DNA from: an uncultured Gammaproteobacteria bacterium | GTDB taxonomy: Bacteria; Patescibacteriota; Microgenomatia; Daviesbacterales; UBA10151 | Direction: 5' to 3' | Length of the DNA: 64,000 nucleotides | NCBI GenBank assembly: GCA_964393525.1 | Contig: CAYMTV010000002.1 | Coordinates: forward strand, 23,001 to 87,000 | In this document: piece after piece, positions 17,273-26,282 of the stretch | Layout: the number at the start of each line of letters is the position of its first letter | How positions within the stretch are numbered: position 1 is the stretch's first letter | The notes under the pieces: model-generated | The model's database searches: none | The model's input: the letters and a program-made list of their open reading frames with translations, nothing else | What the model was told of the DNA's origin: nothing | Made by a program: the position numbers and the translations under genes

Positions 17273-17911
17273 CTATCTTGCCAATTCTTTTAACACCTTA
17301 ATACTTTTTAAGCTAGACTCAAGTACCTTCTCCAAATAATATCTCAAAATCCGCTCCAAAGCTATAGCTTGCTCTGCATTTATCTCAATCGTTTCTATTT
17401 CCTGCCAGCTGGAAAATTCCAACCTTCGAAGTAAAATTCTTAAATCTGCGTATAGCTGCCTAACCTCCTCAACGTTCCAAAAACCAAGTGTGGACAAAAT
17501 CTTTACTTCAAAAGCCCTGACAAAAATTTGCCTAGGGTTTTTTTCAAGTATCTGCAGTACTGCTACAACTAAATTATACAGCTGGATATTCTTCTGATTC
17601 TCTGGCACTAACCGGTCTACAAGCTCTATTATATGAAAAGATGTGGTAGATAAGGTTAGGTTTTCTTTAAGTTTAGAGAAAGTTTCAATACTTTCCGCTT
17701 CAGTTAAGTTATAGCTTTTGCCTTTGAAAAGATGCAGCTTAACCCGGTTCAAAAGCTCAATATTACCAGCTCTTCTTGAGGTAATCCTTCTTACCCCACG
17801 AGCAATAACGGAAATCTTGCCATATCTATCAGTGAGCACTGTTAATACTCTATCCGCTTCCCCAAAATTTGATCGCTTAAGAATCAACCCCTCGGTTGTT
17901 ACGGCCGGCAT
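17273..17911 (-). CDS. recO: DNA repair protein RecO
   Basis: EGLILKR..FGEADRVLTVLT..GKISVIARGVR OB-fold. Adjacent to glyQS. No Zn-finger cysteines. Confidence 0.93.
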   Translation of the reverse strand: MPAVTTEGLILKRSNFGEADRVLTVLTDRYGKISVIARGVRRITSRRAGNIELLNRVKLHLFKGKSYNLTEAESIETFSKLKENLTLSTTSFHIIELVDRLVPENQKNIQLYNLVVAVLQILEKNPRQIFVRAFEVKILSTLGFWNVEEVRQLYADLRILLRRLEFSSWQEIETIEINAEQAIALERILRYYLEKVLESSLKSIKVLKELAR

Positions 17912-17952
17912 TGCAAGAAAAGTCTAAATCTAAAATATGATTAATACAAGAT

Positions 17953-19845
17953 CTAGAGAGAGATTGTTAAGTCCAAATCTGATGATAAATTAAATTCTTT
18001 TTTCTTTCCATTAACTTTTACCTCATATGGAAAATCTTTTGTACCCGGTTGTTTTTGGATTAAGATTTTGTACTCTTTTCCGGAGAATCCACCGGGGAGT
18101 TCATACTCAAATTCCAGTTTTCTTGAATTTTGTGGGCGAACTTCGATGAAAGCTTCAAAAACAGTTTTACCAAGTTCTTCCTCTATTGTTGTCACCTTGA
18201 CATCAGATCCCTTGGATTTAATCAGCTTGGAACCTTTTGGAACATAAATCCTGACATAATCCCGATTTCTTTGATTTAGCCAGGAAGTATATTTTTCCGG
18301 ATTCTTATATTCGATAGTCAGTTTATTTACTACTTTATCCTTTTTGGAACTGATGTCTAATTGAACGCTTTGGGTAACATAAATATTAGATTTGCCTCCG
18401 GCAAAATTTGAGTCATTTATATGCAGGTAGTCGCCTACAGGATTTTTGATTTGCCCTGTCCAGTTTAAATCGAAAAGTGCATTTTGGGTTCTACCATCAT
18501 GCATATAAAACATAACGTGCTTGGAGTTAGCAAGTTTAACTCCCGCATTTATAAATTCCGGGAGTTTATCTGTAGCAGACCCTAAAGCTCTTGCTAAAAT
18601 CTGCTGCATTAATGTCCCTAAAATAGCTTTTCTGTCTTCCTGTCCTTTTTCAATAATCTGAGCATAGTTTTCCAATTCATATATTACATTTGGGCAATTA
18701 CACCTTTTATCATAATCCGCCGAATAAGTAGTTCCAAAAACTTCTACCGGACCGGTAATTTTAATTAGTTCTTCCACAACATGGGTATCAATTAAAATAA
18801 TTCCATCCCAAGGTTTTCCTTCCCCCAAAAGATCATACATTCTTTCAAACTCCCTCATTGAAGTAGGTACATCGGGGGACAAATTTGAATCTCTCATTGC
18901 CCAAACAGTCCGGGGTTTTCCCGTTGTTTCAGGCAAATACTTAACAATTGGTTCAGGAGGCCTTATTGGGCAAACTTTGCTAATACAAACTCTCAAAAGT
19001 TTTTCATCCAGTCGGTAAATATCATCAGACTTAGATGAAGAAATTCTTCCTTTATCTAATTTCAAAAAAGCATAAGCAGTCATAAACCCGCCTGTTGCCC
19101 GAAGTTCTTTGTCGTTTTGGAATATTATCAGGTAGTTTTTGGCTGAAGGTTCTCCTAAAGCACTGGGTGCTACTTCCAAGGCAGGTCTGGCTTGAGAAAC
19201 CGCAATATAAGCACCGGTAATAAAATTCTTGGCAGTATCAATCTGCGATCTTATTCTTCTTGAACCCCATTTCTCCGGGTATTTACCTACATCAACCGAC
19301 TTTACTTCCTCGGCGGCTTTCTTAAACTCCGGCTCTACCTTATCAAGCTGTGGAATAACTTTATCCAGGACCTTAACCATTTGGGCAACCTTATCCTTTC
19401 CGGGCTTTGGCTGGCCGTTAAAACCCAACTCATTTTTATAAGGATCAAGCCCTTCGGCCAGAGTACTTACTGCAGTAAGCTCGTAGCCGGCAGCTTTAGC
19501 AAAGTGCTTCGCATCCCAGTAAAAACCCCCAAAGTATGGAATAAATCCACTCCAGATAAGAAATGTCAAAGAGGTATTAAGCCCGTCACTTCCTTTTTTC
19601 ATTTCTTTTAGGTTCTTTCTAATCTCATCCAGATTATCATTTTTGGCGGCGGCCGAAACAGCCCGAGCCGATGCTACGATTGATTTAGCGGAAGAATATG
19701 CTCCTCTTAAAGGCAGGTAAAGTCCAATAAAAAGGATAAGCAAAATCACCAAAAGTCTGATAAAAAATTTTTTAGGACTTCTTCGGGAAGAGTTGGTATA
19801 GGTTCTTCTACTGTTTAAAGCTCTGTTAAGATTGGTAAAGGGCAT
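17953..19845 (-). CDS. DUF4012-family membrane-anchored extracytoplasmic protein
   Basis: N-terminal TM and helical stalk, YLIIFQNDKELRATGGF, RDSNLSPD, NFAGGKS, YVRIYVPKGS, IQKQPG. Confidence 0.85.
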   Translation of the reverse strand: MPFTNLNRALNSRRTYTNSSRRSPKKFFIRLLVILLILFIGLYLPLRGAYSSAKSIVASARAVSAAAKNDNLDEIRKNLKEMKKGSDGLNTSLTFLIWSGFIPYFGGFYWDAKHFAKAAGYELTAVSTLAEGLDPYKNELGFNGQPKPGKDKVAQMVKVLDKVIPQLDKVEPEFKKAAEEVKSVDVGKYPEKWGSRRIRSQIDTAKNFITGAYIAVSQARPALEVAPSALGEPSAKNYLIIFQNDKELRATGGFMTAYAFLKLDKGRISSSKSDDIYRLDEKLLRVCISKVCPIRPPEPIVKYLPETTGKPRTVWAMRDSNLSPDVPTSMREFERMYDLLGEGKPWDGIILIDTHVVEELIKITGPVEVFGTTYSADYDKRCNCPNVIYELENYAQIIEKGQEDRKAILGTLMQQILARALGSATDKLPEFINAGVKLANSKHVMFYMHDGRTQNALFDLNWTGQIKNPVGDYLHINDSNFAGGKSNIYVTQSVQLDISSKKDKVVNKLTIEYKNPEKYTSWLNQRNRDYVRIYVPKGSKLIKSKGSDVKVTTIEEELGKTVFEAFIEVRPQNSRKLEFEYELPGGFSGKEYKILIQKQPGTKDFPYEVKVNGKKKEFNLSSDLDLTISL

Positions 19846-19849
19846 ACGT

Positions 19850-19979
19850 CGCTTCGCTCCAATTCAAAAATAACACACCCAATTAGATTTCAATCTAATT
19901 GTAAAATTAAAATGCAAAATTTTTGAACGGAGTAAGAAGTTATTATAATTTTAAACTTTAAACTTTCAACTTTCAACTT
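19850..19979. repeat. Palindromic leader element plus heptamer repeats
   Basis: CGCTTCGCTCC end, arms TTCAAAAAT/ATTTTTGAA, inner palindrome CAATTAGATT-TC-AATCTAATTG (19880-19901), and four TTT(A/C)AAC heptamers at ~19950-19979. Confidence 0.6.
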
Positions 19980-19980
19980 A

Positions 19981-20610
19981 TTAGACAGCACCCTTACCCA
20001 TAAGTACTGCAGGAATAGTTTTTAAAATTATATAGATATCAAAAAGAATCGATCTTCTTTGAACATATTGGGCATCCATCTCGACTCTTTTATCAAAATT
20101 AATCTCAGATCTGCCCGATACTTGCCAAACTCCTGTCAGGCCAGGTTTGGCAGAAAGGATAATTTTAACAAACTCTTTAGAACTTGGGTATTTTTTCTGC
20201 TGGTCTTCCAGTTCAAACGGGTAATATGCCCTAGGTCCAACAAGTGTCATATCTCCTTCTAAAATATTGATAAACTGAGGAAATTCGTCAACCGAGAACT
20301 TTCTAATAAATTTTCCCACTTTGGTAATTCTCGGATCATCCGGGATTTTATAGCTGTTTTGCTTATATTGTTTTAGAAGTTGGGGGTTTTTATGAAGGAG
20401 CTCTTGGGCTCCCTGAACCATTGAGCGGAATTTATACATCTTAAAAAGCTTTCCGTGTTTACCAACACGCATCGGGGTATCGGCCATGATCGGCCCTTTT
20501 GAATTAATTTTTATGGCAATAGCAGCAAGGAATAATACAGGAGAAAAAATAACTAGCCCTACTACTGACCCCACAATATCCATCAACCTTTTAACTACGT
20601 CATAAAACAT
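19981..20610 (-). CDS. Priming polyprenyl-phosphate phosphoglycosyl transferase (bacterial sugar transferase, WcaJ/PglC-like core)
   Basis: KRLMDI, YKFRSM, DPRITKVGKFIRKFSVDEFPQF, LVGPR, KPGLTG.WQVSGRS. ATG 20610 preferred as start. Confidence 0.93.
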   Translation of the reverse strand: MFYDVVKRLMDIVGSVVGLVIFSPVLFLAAIAIKINSKGPIMADTPMRVGKHGKLFKMYKFRSMVQGAQELLHKNPQLLKQYKQNSYKIPDDPRITKVGKFIRKFSVDEFPQFINILEGDMTLVGPRAYYPFELEDQQKKYPSSKEFVKIILSAKPGLTGVWQVSGRSEINFDKRVEMDAQYVQRRSILFDIYIILKTIPAVLMGKGAV

Positions 20611-20614
20611 ATTT

Positions 20615-21682
20615 TCAAAGTTTAATCTGTTCAATAAAGTTTAGCAAATTTTTTTTAAAAATTTCTTTGCTGAATTTTTCGGCATTCTCCCGGCATTTTT
20701 CAGGGTTAATACTCAAAGATCTAAATTTGTTAATAGCCATAATTAAACTTCCAACTTCTTGTCTGTTAAAAAATACTCCGGTTTCTCCTTTCTTTACTGT
20801 CTCCAATGCTCCACCTCTTTTAAATGCAATAACCGGCTTACCCATGGCCTGGGCTTCTATCGCAGTTAAACCAAAATCTTCCTCCCCTGTAATAATCAAA
20901 GCTTTGCATCCCGCCAGTAAATTTATCAACAATCTTTCCGATGCACTTTTTATAAATTCAATATTTGAAGTGGCACTCCCTTTTAAGAAATTCAGCTGTG
21001 GACCCTGGCCGACAATAATTAACCTGTCACCTATCTTATTAAACAACCTTACTGCCAAATATATTCTTTTATACCTGTTGAGCCGGGATATTATTAAAAA
21101 GTATCCGCCATCAAAACTTTCATATTTATTGTATTTTTCTAAATCGACAAAAGGATATAAGACTTCACTTTCTTTTTTATAAATTTTTTTGATTCTTTTT
21201 TTTGCGTTTTTTGATCCTGCTAAATAAAAATCCGCCCTGTTTGATGTAATCTGATCATAAACTTTTAAAAAACTGATTAAGGGAGTGAGTAATTTTGAAA
21301 CTTTCTCTCCTGATAACCCCCAAATAAACCTGGGCGGTGTGTGACAGTAACTTATATGGACGGTCTCCGGTTTGGTGATTATAGATTTTGCAAATCTGGT
21401 GGTATGAGAAATAACTAAATCAAACTTAGAAAAATCAAACTGTTCAAATGCAATTGGATAAAGCGGTAAAAGCGGTTTATAAAGACTTCTCCAGCCCGGA
21501 ATGTTTTGCATAAAAGAAGTTACAATTTTTTTCCCGGAGAAGTTTTCGGCTATGAACTTATTTTTTTCATCATAAACGGCAGTAAAAATTGGAGCATCCG
21601 GAAAGACTTCTGAGATTGCCAGCAAAACTTTTTCAGCTCCACCCCACTGGACTAAATCATCATGCACCAAAGCTATGCGCAT
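20615..21682 (-). CDS. GT4 glycosyltransferase (WbaZ-like)
   Basis: ALVHD..GGAE, YCHTPPR, EEDFGL..IEAQA.GKPVIA. Confidence 0.92.
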   Translation of the reverse strand: MRIALVHDDLVQWGGAEKVLLAISEVFPDAPIFTAVYDEKNKFIAENFSGKKIVTSFMQNIPGWRSLYKPLLPLYPIAFEQFDFSKFDLVISHTTRFAKSIITKPETVHISYCHTPPRFIWGLSGEKVSKLLTPLISFLKVYDQITSNRADFYLAGSKNAKKRIKKIYKKESEVLYPFVDLEKYNKYESFDGGYFLIISRLNRYKRIYLAVRLFNKIGDRLIIVGQGPQLNFLKGSATSNIEFIKSASERLLINLLAGCKALIITGEEDFGLTAIEAQAMGKPVIAFKRGGALETVKKGETGVFFNRQEVGSLIMAINKFRSLSINPEKCRENAEKFSKEIFKKNLLNFIEQIKL

Positions 21683-21699
21683 GATATCATTCTACCATT
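21683..21699. promoter_or_regulatory. Overlapping divergent extended -10 promoters
   Basis: Minus strand TGgTAGAAT is 6 nt before ATG 21682. Plus strand TGaTATCAT is 9 nt before ATG 21700. Confidence 0.55.
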
Positions 21700-22632
21700 A
21701 TGAGCGACTACCATACCCCAGTTATGTTAAGTGAAGTTTTGGAGTATTTAGAAGTGCAAAAAGACCAGTGGTATATAGACTGTAATTTGGGGGGTGGAGG
21801 ACATACTGAAGGGATTTTAAAAAAAGGTGGGAAAGTTTTGGGGATAGATTTAGATCCTGATGCAATTTTAGAAGTGGTAAAAAACCATGATTTAACTAGA
21901 CAATATTCTCACGATCGTGAACTTTTTGTCTCAGAGGATTTGATTATAATCCAAGATAATTTTAAAAATATTTCTGATATCGTTGCTGTTACTCAAGAAG
22001 CAATCTCTAAACCAATTCGAATTCGTGGAATTTTATTTGATTTAGGCGTTTCTACCCATCAATTAGAGGAAGCGGAAAGAGGTTTTAGTTTTAACTTGGA
22101 TGCTCCATTGGACATGCGGATGGATAAATCCTTTACTATTTCGGCAAAGGATCTAGTAAACGGGCTTCATGAAAAAGAGTTGGCGGAGCTTTTTTGGAAA
22201 CTGGGTGAAGAAAATTTTTCAAGACCTATTGCTAAAAAGATAATTGAGTATCGAAAAACAAAATTGATTGAAACTACTAATGAGCTGGCAAATATTATTT
22301 TATCTGTCAGAAGGAGGAGCCCTTCAGATAGAACCCATCCTGCAACCAGAGTTTTCCAGGCCCTAAGAATTGCAGTAAATGATGAGTTAAACTCGCTTAG
22401 GGAAGCTTTACCCAAGGCTTTTGAGGTCTTGGAAAAAGGTGGCAGACTAGTTGTAATTAGTTTCCACTCTTTGGAAGATAGAATTGTTAAAAATTACTTC
22501 CGTGACTGGGAAATGGAGAAGAAAGCCAAAGTCCTTACTGATAAACCAATGGAACCAACTGAAGATGAAGTTTCCCAAAACCCCAGGGCAAGATCAGGTA
22601 AGTTAAGAGCTATTGAAAAAGTTTCCATTTAA
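21700..22632 (+). CDS. rsmH: 16S rRNA m4C1402 methyltransferase RsmH (MraW)
   Basis: HTPVML.E, DCNLGGGGH, DLGVS, PLDMRMD, HPATRVFQALRIAVNDEL, ISFHSLEDR, NPRARS.KLR. Confidence 0.98.
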   Translation: MSDYHTPVMLSEVLEYLEVQKDQWYIDCNLGGGGHTEGILKKGGKVLGIDLDPDAILEVVKNHDLTRQYSHDRELFVSEDLIIIQDNFKNISDIVAVTQEAISKPIRIRGILFDLGVSTHQLEEAERGFSFNLDAPLDMRMDKSFTISAKDLVNGLHEKELAELFWKLGEENFSRPIAKKIIEYRKTKLIETTNELANIILSVRRRSPSDRTHPATRVFQALRIAVNDELNSLREALPKAFEVLEKGGRLVVISFHSLEDRIVKNYFRDWEMEKKAKVLTDKPMEPTEDEVSQNPRARSGKLRAIEKVSI

Positions 22633-22652
22633 TGTTGGAATACAAATCCTAA

Positions 22653-23075
22653 ATGGTTAATGAGATATTACAATACGGCAAGAAAATTACCGGAGATTGG
22701 AATTTTTCTTTTTCTGGAAGGGAAAGATTAGCTTCTCTGGTAATCTTAATGCCAACTGGAATTGCAGATTTATCACTCAGATCCATGCAAAGTGGCCCCG
22801 AGTTTGTTACAAGTTTTGGACATGATATTATAACGGGTTTTGCTAGTTACCATTTATTTAAATTTATGGGCATAAACCCTAAAAGTAAATCCTATAATGC
22901 GGTAATGGGGTTTATTATGCCTTCAACTTATGAAATATCACAAGGTTTAGGTTTATGGAAAGGTACATTTGATTGGAATGATTTCCTGGCTTATGGAGCG
23001 GGTGTAGCCATAGGAGTCGGGATAGACTTAACTTTACATAGAGCGGGTCATACTCAATTTCAGTTAGAAGCGTAG
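22653..23075 (+). CDS. Small hypothetical membrane protein (DUF2809/VanZ-like motif)
   Basis: Hydrophobic helices with YEISQ...GTFDWNDFLAYGAG. Confidence 0.65.
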   Translation: MVNEILQYGKKITGDWNFSFSGRERLASLVILMPTGIADLSLRSMQSGPEFVTSFGHDIITGFASYHLFKFMGINPKSKSYNAVMGFIMPSTYEISQGLGLWKGTFDWNDFLAYGAGVAIGVGIDLTLHRAGHTQFQLEA

Positions 23076-24229
23076 ATTTTTAAAGTTTTTCCTGCTAAAT
23101 CTTTCCAATTGAATTGCTTATACCTTTTTTGTCCTTTCTTAATTAATTCACTCCTTACTGTTTCACTATTTAATACATCCATTATTTTTTGCTCCATGTC
23201 ACTAGATTCCTCGCGGAGTTTATCTCGAGCGAAGCCGAGAGACTCGGAATGACGAGGAAGGAGAGGATCAAAATACAAAGCAGCATTTCCGCCAATTTCC
23301 GGAAGCGAACCCTTATCTGAAGAAACCACAGGGCATTTGCATGCCATTGCTTCAAGAAGTGGGATACCGAACCCTTCTTCAAATGACGGCATTACAAAAC
23401 ACTTGGCGCTTTTGTATAAACAGATCAAATCCTTATCATCAATATACCCAGTGTAAATAATATCTTTTTGTTTGAACTCCTTTTTAATCCTTTCCCAAAA
23501 ATAATGGTCACTACCAGATAAAACTAATTGTAGATATTGGTAATTGTTTCTTAAATTTAAAAAGGTTTTTATTAACCCTTCCACATTTTTATGCGGATGG
23601 GCATTCCCAACATAAAAGATGAACGGTGGTTTAATTTGATATTTTTTTAAAGCTTTCCCAATTTCACTTTCTGTACAACAAGTCGCGGCCGCGATTAGTT
23701 GTTCTTCAACCCCCTCATAAGTTACTGCTATTTTATCTTGGTTAACATCCCATTTGTTTATTATTTGTTGTTTGACAAAATTAGATGGAACAATAACTTT
23801 TTGAGACTTCTTTAAGGCTGAGTTAAATACTTTTTTATAGCCCCATTGCTTTAATTTATAAACTAAAGGGTTTAAGGTCGTAGCTCTCCTCATCTGGAAA
23901 TGCTCATGGATTAGGTCGTGAATTGTAACAACAAATTTACCTCTGTATAAAATTGGAACATTAAAATGTGGGAAATGAACTAAATCTAATTTATATTTAT
24001 TTAAAAGGATTGGGAATTTAATTTGTTCTGATACTCCATACCATTTAAAATTGGCTAAAACTTTATGAAACTTCTTGTTATGATAGTCTAGTCTATAATA
24101 CTCGGGATGTGCTAAAAAAATATAATACTCATTTTTAGTATCTAACTTTTGTAAATTAAAAACTAAATTTCTGATGTATCTTCCAACTCCGGATTGCGAC
24201 CATAACCTGGCATCAATTCCTATGCGCAT
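23060..24229 (-). CDS. GT4 glycosyltransferase (MtfB-like) with an in-frame palindromic insertion
   Basis: MRIGIDAR, GVGRY, VTIHDL, PHKN, EGFGIPLLEAMAC. Extra ~18-20 residues follow LYFDP. Confidence 0.93.
   Translation of the reverse strand: MRIGIDARLWSQSGVGRYIRNLVFNLQKLDTKNEYYIFLAHPEYYRLDYHNKKFHKVLANFKWYGVSEQIKFPILLNKYKLDLVHFPHFNVPILYRGKFVVTIHDLIHEHFQMRRATTLNPLVYKLKQWGYKKVFNSALKKSQKVIVPSNFVKQQIINKWDVNQDKIAVTYEGVEEQLIAAATCCTESEIGKALKKYQIKPPFIFYVGNAHPHKNVEGLIKTFLNLRNNYQYLQLVLSGSDHYFWERIKKEFKQKDIIYTGYIDDKDLICLYKSAKCFVMPSFEEGFGIPLLEAMACKCPVVSSDKGSLPEIGGNAALYFDPLLPRHSESLGFARDKLREESSDMEQKIMDVLNSETVRSELIKKGQKRYKQFNWKDLAGKTLKIYASN
23204..23253 (-). mobile_element. REP/MITE-like palindromic element inserted in frame
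   Basis: Minus strand GTCATTCCGAG-TC-TCTCG-GCTTCGCT-CGAGA-TAAACTCCG-CGAGGAATCT: GC-rich nested hairpins in an AT-rich gene. Confidence 0.75.
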
Positions 24230-25102
24230 TTAAACCACCATTTTCCTTCTTGCCTGCCACTCTCTTAAATTGATCCCAAGATATACCAGCCAGTTTATAA
24301 AGAAAGGGTATTTTTTTTCGTAATGCTTTTTATAAAAAGTCCTCATTGACTCATAAAAAGACTCAAACGCCTTAAGTTTTGTTTGTTTATCAGCCTGGGC
24401 TATATCCTGAGAATGTTTCTTAAGTCCTGAAGATACTCCTTTTTGGTGGATTACTTCCACAGAAGGTTCGTAAATAATTTTATAACCCGACTTTTTGATC
24501 CGAAAACAAAGATCAATATCTTCAGCATACAAAAAATAATCCTCATCAAATGACCCAACCTGATCCAAAACCGATTTTCTGGTAAAGAAGAAAGCTCCAG
24601 CTATACTGTCTACTTCATGAGTTTTAGTCATATCTTTATAAGTTAAATGATAAAGGCTATCGTTTTGAAAAAAGTGATAAAGAAATGAGGCCCAAGGAGT
24701 AGGAAAACCGCGGTGAGCCGTAAGATCAATACTCCCATTTCCCAAAACAATTTTGCAAGTTGCAGCACCGATTTTTACATCCGAATTCATTAGCCCAATC
24801 ATCTTAGACAAAACACCCTTTTGAATTTTCGTGTCGGGGTTTAGAAGAAGAACATATTCGGTTTTAACAGCCCTGAGTGCCAAATTATTGGCTTTACCGA
24901 AACCCAAATTCAGGCGGTTTACAATAAAAGCTACGTCATTAAATTTTTCCTTAGCCTTTTTTATACTGTCATCGGTTGAGGCATTATCGACAACATAAGT
25001 GAAAATATCTGCCTCATCCGAAACTTTTTCTATCGACTCAAGGCATTCGAGTAAATAATCACCCGAATTAAAATTAACAATAATAATAGAAAGTTCAGCC
25101 AT
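24230..25102 (-). CDS. GT2 glycosyltransferase (WbbL/rhamnosyltransferase-like)
   Basis: SIIIVNFN, VVDNASTD, NLGFGKANN, LLNPD, FDEDYFLYAEDIDLC. Confidence 0.92.
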   Translation of the reverse strand: MAELSIIIVNFNSGDYLLECLESIEKVSDEADIFTYVVDNASTDDSIKKAKEKFNDVAFIVNRLNLGFGKANNLALRAVKTEYVLLLNPDTKIQKGVLSKMIGLMNSDVKIGAATCKIVLGNGSIDLTAHRGFPTPWASFLYHFFQNDSLYHLTYKDMTKTHEVDSIAGAFFFTRKSVLDQVGSFDEDYFLYAEDIDLCFRIKKSGYKIIYEPSVEVIHQKGVSSGLKKHSQDIAQADKQTKLKAFESFYESMRTFYKKHYEKKYPFFINWLVYLGINLREWQARRKMVV

Positions 25103-26282
25103 GACTTACCTCAATATAGACTCCGTTCAATTTTTGGCTTATCGGTCCCCAATCATATTTTTGACTCACCATTTTTTTGGCATTTTCGGCAAGCTTGTCC
25201 CTTCTTGCTTTGTCTCTTAAAAGCTCCACAGTTGCATCGGCAATTTCCTTGTAACCGTCTCTGATTAATACTTCTTTACCGTCTTCCGCCTCAGTCCCTC
25301 CTATGCCGATCGAGGTTGTTATAACCGGAAGACCGGAGGCAAAAGCCTCAAAATTTTTATATCTGGTGCCCCCCGAGCCATAGATCGGAGCCACCAGCAC
25401 GGTTGCCATCTGGTAGGCTTCCCTGACATCCTCAACTTCATCAACCCTGACATCTTTGCCAGAGAATTTCGAGAAAAAATTTTGGGCGTCTTTTCCGATA
25501 ATCCAAAGTTTGGCATCTGAAACTTCTTTTTTTACCCTTGGCCAAATCCGGTTATAAAGTATTTCAACAGCTTCCCGATTTTGTAACCAGGTGAAGTTGC
25601 CTAGATATAGGATAACGGGTATTTTTGGTTTATCAACTAACTTCTTGGCAAAACTCTCGCTGTCTACGCCGTTTGGGACAATATCAACATCAAGTGAGGG
25701 AATCTGTGATTGCATGATTTTTTTATCTTCATCTGACATGGCAACTACTTTGGCAGCCTGTTTCCAATATCTTGATTCCCAATATTTCATTTTGGCTACG
25801 TCAATATACAAAAGAGGTTTCAATATGGGTATCTTAAAATTATCAACATAATGCTGGTAAACTCTATACTCAATAGTTTGATCAACTAAAACGATTGGAA
25901 TATTAGTTTTTGGGATATGGGGCATTACATAAAAAGTTTCAGCATGGATAAGACCGAATTTTTCTACCGCTAATTTTTTTTCAATAGCTCTTCTCTCACC
26001 GGTTGCCCAATTTCTGATCACCAAAAATGGATAGAAGCTAAATCCGGTGGTTAAAATATTAGTGAGTGTCCAGGGTTTCTCTGGACGCCGAAAAACTTGA
26101 ACTTCTTTACAGAATTTTTCAAGCTCAGGTATATAATTTCTCTCGTGATCTTTCTTAACCAGGCAAAATAGGGTTATCTCATGACCCAGCTCTGATATTC
26201 TTTTAATCAGGTTGTATGAGCGGGTCTGGCCTCCCGTCACCAGAGGATAAGGTAAGTAAGGCGTTAACATTAAAATCTTCAT
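25095..26282 (-). CDS. GT4 glycosyltransferase
   Basis: PYLPYP..GGQTR, VPNGVD, GGTRYKNFEAFASGLPVITT. Confidence 0.9.
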   Translation of the reverse strand: MKILMLTPYLPYPLVTGGQTRSYNLIKRISELGHEITLFCLVKKDHERNYIPELEKFCKEVQVFRRPEKPWTLTNILTTGFSFYPFLVIRNWATGERRAIEKKLAVEKFGLIHAETFYVMPHIPKTNIPIVLVDQTIEYRVYQHYVDNFKIPILKPLLYIDVAKMKYWESRYWKQAAKVVAMSDEDKKIMQSQIPSLDVDIVPNGVDSESFAKKLVDKPKIPVILYLGNFTWLQNREAVEILYNRIWPRVKKEVSDAKLWIIGKDAQNFFSKFSGKDVRVDEVEDVREAYQMATVLVAPIYGSGGTRYKNFEAFASGLPVITTSIGIGGTEAEDGKEVLIRDGYKEIADATVELLRDKARRDKLAENAKKMVSQKYDWGPISQKLNGVYIEVSHG

